Below, in pieces: positions 25,329-32,382 of a stretch of DNA of 32,382 bases. The DNA lies in assembly GCA_002469765.1 (NCBI GenBank), contig DKNS01000101.1, positions 7,041-39,422 on the forward strand, given 5' to 3'. The stretch comes from Flavobacteriales bacterium UBA7382 (GTDB lineage Bacteria; Bacteroidota; Bacteroidia; Flavobacteriales_D; Sanyastnellaceae). The translations under genes and the position numbers were made by a program. The stretch's first letter is position 1. The number at the start of each line of letters is the position of its first letter. The notes beneath the pieces are model-generated. The model worked only from the letters and a program-made list of their open reading frames with translations. It made no database searches and was not told the DNA's origin.

Positions 25329-26357
25329 TCAGTCAAACTGGGACGCGTGCATGCCCAACCAAGACAACACGGACCCAGAGAAAAGTTGCATCCGGGTCGA
25401 ATCATTCAGGGCCATGTCTTCGATAAATTGTCCAAACTCCAAGTCACCGAGAGGGAACGGATAATCGGTGCCCATGCAAATCCGGTCGGCACCTTGCATT
25501 TCCAAGATGTAGCGAAGCAGACGAGGGTCATGGGTGATGCTGTCCACCCAAAACTTGCCGAGGTAGGTGTCAGGGGCGTTTTCGTTGTCGATGGCCACGA
25601 GATCGGGTCGGCAGGCGTGGCCGTGTTTGATCCGCCCGATGGTGGGCAAAAAAGACCCCCCAGCATGGGAAAACAGGACGCGCAACTTAGGGTGTTTGTC
25701 CAACACTCCTGCAAAAATCATCGAGCACGCCGCCCGGGAAGTCTCGGCTGGCATGCCCACCAGCCAAGGCAACCAATACTTCTCCATGTCCGCCTTGCCC
25801 ATCATGTCCCAAGGGTGGATGAACAGCGACATGCTGAGCTCCTCACAAGCCTCGTAGAACGGTGCAAACCGAGAATCGCCCAAGTTGAGTCCGTTCACAT
25901 TGGAACCGACTTGCACCCCCTGGAGTCCAGCCGCATGGGCCTCACGGAGCACCTCAATGGCCAGGTCTGTATCCTGCATAGGCACGGTAGCCAGCCCCAC
26001 ATAGTGTTTGGGATGGTCGCGCGCGATTTGGGCCAAGTGGTCGTTCAAGAACCTCGCCAAATCAGCGGCATCTCTGGCCTTCGCCCAGTAGGCGAACATC
26101 ACGGGGATGGTGCTGACCACCTGCACTTGCACCCCAGCTTTGCCATATTCCTCGATGCGCTCCTCGGCATCCCAACAATTGGAGGCAATCTCCCTGAAGA
26201 AGAGGTCGTCTCGCATCATGTTGGCGTACCCTGGTCGAGACACTTCCAAATGGATGAACCCCCCGTAGCCGAATTTCTCCGACCACTTGGGCATGACCCG
26301 AGGCAAAATGTGCGTGTGGCTGTCTATTTTGAGCATGGCAGGTCGTGTCTGGGGCAT
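25329..26357 (-). CDS. 2-amino-3-carboxymuconate-6-semialdehyde decarboxylase (ACMSD)-like amidohydrolase
   Basis: 342 aa, collinear with animal ACMSD as I remember it. Matching blocks: KIDSHTHILP, FGYGGF, NCWD, STIPVMFAYWAK, LFIHPWDM, KYWLPWLVGMPAETS, GRIKHG, RPDL and GTDYPFPLG. The second ATG at 26336 (MLKIDSHTH) may be the true start. Confidence 0.88.
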   Translation of the reverse strand: MPQTRPAMLKIDSHTHILPRVMPKWSEKFGYGGFIHLEVSRPGYANMMRDDLFFREIASNCWDAEERIEEYGKAGVQVQVVSTIPVMFAYWAKARDAADLARFLNDHLAQIARDHPKHYVGLATVPMQDTDLAIEVLREAHAAGLQGVQVGSNVNGLNLGDSRFAPFYEACEELSMSLFIHPWDMMGKADMEKYWLPWLVGMPAETSRAACSMIFAGVLDKHPKLRVLFSHAGGSFLPTIGRIKHGHACRPDLVAIDNENAPDTYLGKFWVDSITHDPRLLRYILEMQGADRICMGTDYPFPLGDLEFGQFIEDMALNDSTRMQLFSGSVLSWLGMHASQFD

Positions 26358-26373
26358 CCAAGATACATGAAGG

Positions 26374-27999
26374 TCATGCCCCCTTTCTCACCCGCCGCAA
26401 GTCCAAACGGTTGACCGGAGATATGACCCAGCCCGTCACGTCTTGCCGCAAGACATGCGTGACACGGTCGTGAAACAGAGGGATGACAGGCATTTCGCTG
26501 TGAACCAAGCTGTCCATGGCCATGTAGAGCGCCCGACGCCTCGCATCGTCGTTTGACAACGCCAGGGCCTGTTGATAAAGGGCTTCAAATTCCGGATGGC
26601 AATGGTGTGTATAATTGGGGCCTCCTGGTGAAAAATTGGCCTTCACGAACAGGCCCAAAAAGTTCTCTGCATCTGGGTGATCCGCCAGCCAGGACTTGTA
26701 AAATACCGCCACTTCACCTTGTGCCACACGTTCTCGAAGCACCGATGAAGGCAACACGTCGATTTGAACGTCCAACCCCAAGGCCGTCCAATCGTATTGA
26801 ATGGCAGCGCACAGGTCGGCATAGTCTGACGTGGTGCTGACGACTATGGTGCCCACGTCTTCCCCTTCGGCGTGGCCCGCTTCGGCCAGCATGGCCTTGG
26901 CTGAGTCCAATTCAAGGCGAACAGCACGCGGGGCGTCACATCCCAGCATCGAAGGCGGGACAAATCGATCGGTGGACGACACAGAATTGCGCCGCAGATG
27001 CCGGGCCATCGAAGGGCGATCCAAGGCCAAACTCAGTGCCTTCCTCACCTTCGGATTGTTCAGGGCGGGTGGGGTTTGGCTCCCACCCAAGACCACGCCG
27101 AGGTAATCTGTCTTCAGAAAAGGCACATGTTGCAACTGAAGCTCCTCGGCAAACGACGAACGAAGCCCTCCCTCCTCGTCGAGCAACGTCTCCATGAACG
27201 ACGGGTGCAAGCCGCTGATAAAATCGTAGCGCCCCTGGCTGAGCCCGAGGAATTCTGACCCCATGTCTTGCACGACATCGATGTGCACGGCGTCCAAATA
27301 TGGCAACTGCTGCCCTTGGTCGTCGAGCTCCCAAAACTTTGGATTGGGGTGCAACACCAACCCCGCATCCTCCAACCACCACTTCAAGACAAACGGGCCT
27401 GTGCCCCCAGGTTGGTCCCGCAAGCTCACGCCCTTGGTTTGGGCGTGTTCCTGGTCCACCACGGCTCCATATGCCGTCGTCAACAACCCAAGAAAGGGAG
27501 GGTATGCTTGGCTTAGCTGAATTTCCACAGTGCGATCGTCCAGCGCGCGGATGCCGTCCTTCACCACCGCGTCCAGGATCCAGCCTCCGGACGAAATAAC
27601 CAAGGGGTCCCGGAGGCGCTCCAAAGAGAACACCACATCGGACGCTTCGAGGAAACGTCCCGACGAGAAGGCCACCCCGTGCCTGAGGTGAAACGTGTAG
27701 GTGTGTGCGACGGGGTCAACTTCCCAAGATTCTGCCAGACAAGGAACGACATCCAGCTCCGCGTTCAATTCCACCAAGCCGTCGTACAATTGGTCCACCA
27801 CCCACATGTGCTCGAGGCTTCGGGCGGCCGCAGGGTCCAAGCTTGTGATCGCCGAGCTCTCGTTGTATCGAAACACCTGTTTGTCCGCGTGGTCCGCCCC
27901 GTCGCCGTCGCCGCAACCTGTCGTCCCACCCAAAAGGGACGAGGCAATCAAGGCCCAAATCCAGTGAACAAGAGAGGTGTTTTTGCGTTTCTTCGACAC
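26374..27999 (-). CDS. Family-5 (peptide/nickel type) ABC solute-binding lipoprotein, orphan
   Basis: ORF 26374..28062. Motifs: VFRYNESSAITSLDPAAA..., VVDQLYDGLVE, AESWEV and TFHLRHGVAF. There is no in-frame ATG upstream of the mature domain. The candidate starts are TTG at 28062 and GTG at 27999. The GTG gives (M)SKKRKNTSLVHWIWALIASSLLGGTTGC, a good lipoprotein-like signal. Confidence 0.8.
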   Translation of the reverse strand: MSKKRKNTSLVHWIWALIASSLLGGTTGCGDGDGADHADKQVFRYNESSAITSLDPAAARSLEHMWVVDQLYDGLVELNAELDVVPCLAESWEVDPVAHTYTFHLRHGVAFSSGRFLEASDVVFSLERLRDPLVISSGGWILDAVVKDGIRALDDRTVEIQLSQAYPPFLGLLTTAYGAVVDQEHAQTKGVSLRDQPGGTGPFVLKWWLEDAGLVLHPNPKFWELDDQGQQLPYLDAVHIDVVQDMGSEFLGLSQGRYDFISGLHPSFMETLLDEEGGLRSSFAEELQLQHVPFLKTDYLGVVLGGSQTPPALNNPKVRKALSLALDRPSMARHLRRNSVSSTDRFVPPSMLGCDAPRAVRLELDSAKAMLAEAGHAEGEDVGTIVVSTTSDYADLCAAIQYDWTALGLDVQIDVLPSSVLRERVAQGEVAVFYKSWLADHPDAENFLGLFVKANFSPGGPNYTHHCHPEFEALYQQALALSNDDARRRALYMAMDSLVHSEMPVIPLFHDRVTHVLRQDVTGWVISPVNRLDLRRVRKGA

Positions 28000-28044
28000 A
28001 GAGCGGAAGGTACGCAGAGTACTTTTGCGCCTGCAAACATCACC

Positions 28045-30444
28045 ATGGTCTACCGTCCACAATCGCCTTCAATTTTTCAGCTGACGCTTTGCATGATGGC
28101 ATGGCTCTTTTGGTCCATGACAGGCTTCTCTCAAGCTGACACGTTCACCGTCCGCGGACGGGTCACCGACGCGAACACAGGTGAGTATGTCTTGGGGGCC
28201 AACGTCATTGTCGACGGCCAAAGCCAAGGTGCCTCGACCAACATCTATGGGTTTTACAGCCTCACCCTGCCCACGGCCTCCACATCCTTGACCTGTTCTT
28301 TCATTGGGTATGCGCCCCTTTCAAAGGAATTGGACGGAACCCGCGACGTGGAGTGGAACGTGGAATTGACACCCCAATCGGTCGTGGTGGGCGCGGCCAC
28401 CGTTGTGGGAACCGCGGGCCAAAACACAGAAAGCACCAACCTCGGCAAAGCCGAAGTCGCCATCGCGACCATCCAGCGCCTCCCTGCCTTGATGGGCGAA
28501 GTCGACGTCTTGAAAGCGATTCAATTGCTGCCGGGCATCCAAAGCGCGGGAGAAGGCAACAGCGGCTTTTACGTCCGTGGTGGCGGCCCTGACCAAAACT
28601 TGTTGCTGCTGGACAACGCCGCCATCTACAACGCGAGCCATTTGTTTGGCTTTTTCAGCGTGTTCAACGCAGACGCCATTTCCTCCGTCGAGGTGTACAA
28701 GGGAAGCATGCCTGCGCGGTTCGGGGGACGTGTGTCCAGCGTGCTCGACCTGGGGCTGAAAGAAGGGAATAGGAAAGAATTCAAAGGGAGCGGCGGCATC
28801 GGCCTGATCAGCTCCCGACTGACTTTGGAGGGACCTGTAAAAGAAGGTGTGTCCAGCTTCATCGTGTCAGGACGCCGAACTTACATCGACGTCCTGACAC
28901 GTCCATTCGTGAAGACGACGTCTGCGGCAGGGTCTGGTTATTATTTCTACGATTTGAACGCGAAGTACAATCACCGCTTCAGCGACAAGGACGAGGTTTT
29001 CATTTCGGGGTACTTCGGAAGGGACGTGTTCAGTTTCCAGAGCGCAGATGCAGGTTTTGGGGCGTCCATTCCGTGGGGAAACTCGATGGTCTCAACACGC
29101 TGGAACCACGTGGTGACTGACAAGCTGTTTCTCAACGTGAACGCGTCTTACACAAACTATGAATTCGCCTTCACCTCAGGACAAGAGGATTTCGAATTTG
29201 GGTTCAATTCAGGGGTCGTGGATTGGACGCAGAAGGCTCAGCTCAGCTGGTACCCCAACCTGCGTCATGAGGTCCGAGCCGGTGCCGAGCACGTGTTCCA
29301 CGAGTTTGTGCCGACGTCGTTCTTTTTCCGGCAAGGCGACAACGAATTCGACTTCGGAGAAGCAACCGTGTCGTTCAGCCATGAGAGCGCGGCGTACTTG
29401 GAGGACATCATGGACGTGACGGATGCCTTCCGAGTGCACCTCGGGTTGCGTGCGAGCGACTTCCGGCACGTGGGGCCGTTCACACGCATCACCCCAGGCG
29501 AAACTGCGTTGGCCCCCGACGACTCGACTGCCTACAGGCATGGCGAGTTGGTGAAGCGCTATGGAGGCTGGGAACCCAGGGTCAGCGCACGCCTGAAAAC
29601 AGGACCGCGAAGCAGTGTGAAGGCAGGATGGTCGATCAACTACCAATACGTGCACTTGGCGTCGCTTTCGGCCACGACCACACCCACGGATGTCTGGTTG
29701 CCAAGCTCAGATTTGGTCCCGCCCCAGCGTGGCAGGCAATTCAGCGCAGGGTACTTTGTGGATTTGGGCGCCAATCGGGAGTGGGAAACATCGCTCGAAG
29801 TCTACCACAAAGAGCTGAACAACTTGGTTGAGTACGCCGAGAACACCCGTCCTGACCAAAACATCGGCACCAACCCCGACAACAACCTCGTGTTTGGAGA
29901 AGGCTCGTCGTATGGTGCAGAGTTCTTCGTGAAGCGGAAGTTTGGCAAGCTCAATGGATGGGTGGGTTACACGTGGAGCAAAACCGACCGTCAATTCGAA
30001 GACTTGAACAACGGCGACCCCTTCCCGGCCAAATTCGACCGACGCCACGACCTCAGCGTCGTGATGGATTGGACGCCGAGCCAACGATGGAACCTCTCGG
30101 CAGCCTTTGTGTATGCCACTGGCAACACGCTCACCCTCCCCATCCAACGTTACTTCTTGGAGGGCAACGTGACCGACGTCTACGGGTCGCGCAATGGATA
30201 CCGCATGGTGCCGTACCACCGCGCGGACATCAGCGCCACGCTGTTCCCCAAGAAAAACTTCGAAAACCGAAATGTGGAACGCCGCTGGGTGTTCAGCATC
30301 TACAACGTGTACAACCGCGCCAATCCCTACTTCTTGTTCTTTGACAACGAAGGCGATTTGTTGGAAGGGAACCTGGAAATCCAGGCCAAACAAGTGAGTC
30401 TGTTCCCCATCTTGCCGTCGGTGTCTTGGAACTTCTCATTCTGA
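28045..30444 (+). CDS. TonB-dependent outer-membrane receptor with N-terminal CarboxypepD_reg domain
   Basis: ORF 27679..30444 trimmed to the ATG at 28045 (signal ...LFWSMTGFSQA). FTVRGRVTDANTGEYVLGANVIV is the CarboxypepD_reg domain. The plug is DVLKAIQLLPGIQSAGEGNSGFYVRGGGPDQNLLLLDNAAIYN, and the barrel ends in ...SVSWNFSF. No SusD-like gene follows. Confidence 0.9.
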   Translation: MVYRPQSPSIFQLTLCMMAWLFWSMTGFSQADTFTVRGRVTDANTGEYVLGANVIVDGQSQGASTNIYGFYSLTLPTASTSLTCSFIGYAPLSKELDGTRDVEWNVELTPQSVVVGAATVVGTAGQNTESTNLGKAEVAIATIQRLPALMGEVDVLKAIQLLPGIQSAGEGNSGFYVRGGGPDQNLLLLDNAAIYNASHLFGFFSVFNADAISSVEVYKGSMPARFGGRVSSVLDLGLKEGNRKEFKGSGGIGLISSRLTLEGPVKEGVSSFIVSGRRTYIDVLTRPFVKTTSAAGSGYYFYDLNAKYNHRFSDKDEVFISGYFGRDVFSFQSADAGFGASIPWGNSMVSTRWNHVVTDKLFLNVNASYTNYEFAFTSGQEDFEFGFNSGVVDWTQKAQLSWYPNLRHEVRAGAEHVFHEFVPTSFFFRQGDNEFDFGEATVSFSHESAAYLEDIMDVTDAFRVHLGLRASDFRHVGPFTRITPGETALAPDDSTAYRHGELVKRYGGWEPRVSARLKTGPRSSVKAGWSINYQYVHLASLSATTTPTDVWLPSSDLVPPQRGRQFSAGYFVDLGANREWETSLEVYHKELNNLVEYAENTRPDQNIGTNPDNNLVFGEGSSYGAEFFVKRKFGKLNGWVGYTWSKTDRQFEDLNNGDPFPAKFDRRHDLSVVMDWTPSQRWNLSAAFVYATGNTLTLPIQRYFLEGNVTDVYGSRNGYRMVPYHRADISATLFPKKNFENRNVERRWVFSIYNVYNRANPYFLFFDNEGDLLEGNLEIQAKQVSLFPILPSVSWNFSF

Positions 30445-30460
30445 GGCGATCCTCCACCCC

Positions 30461-32344
30461 ATGAAGGCGCTGCTTGAACTGAACCCCCTGATTTGGAAGT
30501 ACCGAGGACGGTTGTTCCTGGGCATGGTCTTCGTGGTGTTCACCAACATGTTTGCGGTGTGGGCACCCTCGATGATTGGGGAAGGAATCAATGCCTTGAA
30601 CGACGCCAACATGCATTTCTTGGCACCCATGGCGGAGGGAGAATCCCCCACCTTGGACCAACTCGAGCTGCCCCGCACATTGGCCTTCCTGGCGGACACC
30701 CTGGGGTGGGCTTGGAAAGGGCTGGAGGCCCCGACTTCGCGAGAGATCATCCTTGACTTTGTGCTGTGGGTCGGCGCGTTGCAGGCCCTGTTCTACCTCC
30801 TGGCTTTTCTCGTCAAGGGGGGCTTTTCGTTTTTAACCCGGCAAACCATCATTGTGATGAGTCGCTTGGTGGAATACGACCTCAAGCGCGACATCTACGG
30901 CCATTACCAAGTTCTGGACAGCAGCTTCTACAAGCGGAACGACACCGGCGATTTGATGAACCGCATCAGCGAAGACGTGAGCCACGTCCGCATGTACCTC
31001 GGCCCGGCCATCATGTACTCCATGAACTTGGTGGTGCTGGTGGCGCTGGTGGTCACGGTGATGTTGTCGATCGACCCGGTGCTCACGCTGTTTGCCCTTT
31101 TGCCCCTCCCCTTCATGTCGCTGGGCATTTACTTCATCTCTGCGAACATCCACCGCAAAAGCGATGCACGCCAGAAGGCGCAAAGCCGCGTCTCCAGCTT
31201 CGTGCAACAGCACATTGCAGGCATCCGGGTGCTGAAGAGTTTCAACCGCGAGCGCGACGCCGCAGAGAGGTTTGATGGTGAAACGGCGGCGTACAAAGTC
31301 CGTGTGCTCGACTTGGTCAAAGTCGAGGCCATGTTCATGCCGCTGATCGTCTTGCTCGTCGGATTGAGCACCATCCTCACGATCTACGTGGGCGGACAGC
31401 GCGTCGTGGATGGCCACCTCGAGTTGGGTCACATTTTCCAATTCGTCTTCTACGTCAACCTCCTGACCTGGCCATTCGCTTCAGTCGGATGGGTGACCTC
31501 CCTGGTCCAGAAAGCGGAAGCCTCCATGAATCGCATCCTGGACTTTTTGGACGCCACCCCCACCGTGATGTCCCCAGAAACGGGAGGTCGGACTGACGCT
31601 CTGTCCGCCGATCCGATGCTCGAGTTCGAGCGCGTGTCGTGGACGTACCCTGACACAGGCATCCAGGCCCTGAAAGACGTCTCGTTCACTCTCCAGGCCG
31701 GGGAAACCTTGGGCATCACTGGCCGAACCGGCAGTGGCAAGTCCACGGTCCTCCAATTGGCCATGCGCATGATGGATCCCCAAACGGGCTTCATCGCACT
31801 GGACGGCACCCCTCTGCCGGCATGGAATCTTCACGCCATGAAACAAGACCTGGGCTACGTGGCCCAGGATGTTTTCTTGTTCAGCGACACCATCGGCAAC
31901 AACATTGCGTTTGGCCAAGGTGATGCCAACCAAGACAAAGTGCGACAAGCGGCCCAAGACGCAGGGGTTCGGCAGGACATTGAGGGGTTTGATCATGGGT
32001 TTGACACCATGCTTGGGGAACGCGGAGTCAACCTGAGTGGAGGCCAAAAGCAACGCATCAGCATCGCCCGTGCCCTGGTCAAAACCCCGCGGGTGCTTTT
32101 CTTGGACGACTGTCTCTCGGCGGTGGACACGGAAACCGAAGACGCCATCCTTTCTGCCATAGCCAGACAAAAAGCCTCCTGCACCCTGATGGTCAGCCAC
32201 AGGCTCGCTTCGCTGCGCAATGCCGACCGCATCTTGGTGATGGACGAAGGGGAAATCGTGGAATCGGGCACCCCCGACGAGCTCCTCGCGGCCGGTGGGT
32301 TGTACGCCAAGATGTTCGAGCAACAGAAGGCCGAACAAGACTGA
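30461..32344 (+). CDS. ABC exporter, fused permease/ATPase (MsbA/MdlB-like)
   Basis: 627 aa. Six-TM exporter domain, Walker A GRTGSGKST, signature LSGGQKQRISIARAL, Walker B VLFLDDCLSAVD and the H-loop region MVSHR. Confidence 0.92.
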   Translation: MKALLELNPLIWKYRGRLFLGMVFVVFTNMFAVWAPSMIGEGINALNDANMHFLAPMAEGESPTLDQLELPRTLAFLADTLGWAWKGLEAPTSREIILDFVLWVGALQALFYLLAFLVKGGFSFLTRQTIIVMSRLVEYDLKRDIYGHYQVLDSSFYKRNDTGDLMNRISEDVSHVRMYLGPAIMYSMNLVVLVALVVTVMLSIDPVLTLFALLPLPFMSLGIYFISANIHRKSDARQKAQSRVSSFVQQHIAGIRVLKSFNRERDAAERFDGETAAYKVRVLDLVKVEAMFMPLIVLLVGLSTILTIYVGGQRVVDGHLELGHIFQFVFYVNLLTWPFASVGWVTSLVQKAEASMNRILDFLDATPTVMSPETGGRTDALSADPMLEFERVSWTYPDTGIQALKDVSFTLQAGETLGITGRTGSGKSTVLQLAMRMMDPQTGFIALDGTPLPAWNLHAMKQDLGYVAQDVFLFSDTIGNNIAFGQGDANQDKVRQAAQDAGVRQDIEGFDHGFDTMLGERGVNLSGGQKQRISIARALVKTPRVLFLDDCLSAVDTETEDAILSAIARQKASCTLMVSHRLASLRNADRILVMDEGEIVESGTPDELLAAGGLYAKMFEQQKAEQD

Positions 32345-32382
32345 CCTCTCTCGGGTTGTCTTCCCAAATTCAACCCATGTCC

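Noticed and set aside
25347-26414. 355-aa plus-strand ORF
   Set aside because: It is antisense to the ACMSD-like gene, whose similarity to characterised ACMSD extends end to end. This is a shadow ORF.
32377-32382. ATG at the extreme right edge (possible start of a second ABC half-transporter)
   Set aside because: Only 6 nt are visible, so it cannot be supported as a feature.
1-32382. Scan by eye for CRISPR repeats, tRNA or rRNA, IS ends, integrase or transposase, phage genes, and toxin-antitoxin or known defence genes
   Set aside because: I found none. Every gap is too short for a tRNA except 15765-15911 and 735-840, which show no cloverleaf-like pairing, and all long ORFs are accounted for. 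A by-eye scan cannot exclude short or degenerate repeats, so a computational repeat, tRNA and Rfam scan would be the proper check.

Overview
This is a GC-rich, very gene-dense chromosomal segment. I call 29 CDS. Most intergenic gaps are under 50 nt and the largest is about 150 nt.

The lineage reads as Bacteroidota. The markers are one T9SS type-A and one type-B (gliding-motility) C-terminal sorting domain, a DUF1573 lipoprotein, a fused E1 alpha/beta 2-oxoacid dehydrogenase, BshC, and a CarboxypepD_reg-type TonB-dependent receptor.

Most of the content is housekeeping: miaA, mutS2, dnaN, dapD, ruvX, a GT9 heptosyltransferase, Ctp/S41 protease, rhomboid, PCD/DCoH, two flavoproteins and an ABC exporter.

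I see no rRNA, tRNA, CRISPR array, transposase, integrase, or recognisable defence or toxin-antitoxin genes. No intergenic space is large enough for a riboswitch-sized RNA.

The ORF track uses the longest alternative start (ATG, GTG or TTG). Several tracked ORFs are therefore N-terminally over-extended into the antisense of a neighbouring real gene, and I trimmed them.

The best candidate for something undescribed is a compact minus-strand module at 22208-25304. It runs ECF sigma, a Cys-free single-pass putative anti-sigma, a Trp-rich orphan secreted protein, then a T9SS type-B cargo protein. That last gene is stop/start coupled (TGATG) to bshC. The module sits inside an 8-gene, 7.8 kb terminator-less string that also carries an animal-like ACMSD and an orphan family-5 solute-binding lipoprotein. 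The evidence for novelty is modest: it rests on gene context and on my failing to recognise a family by eye, with no searches run. The rest of the window looks ordinary.
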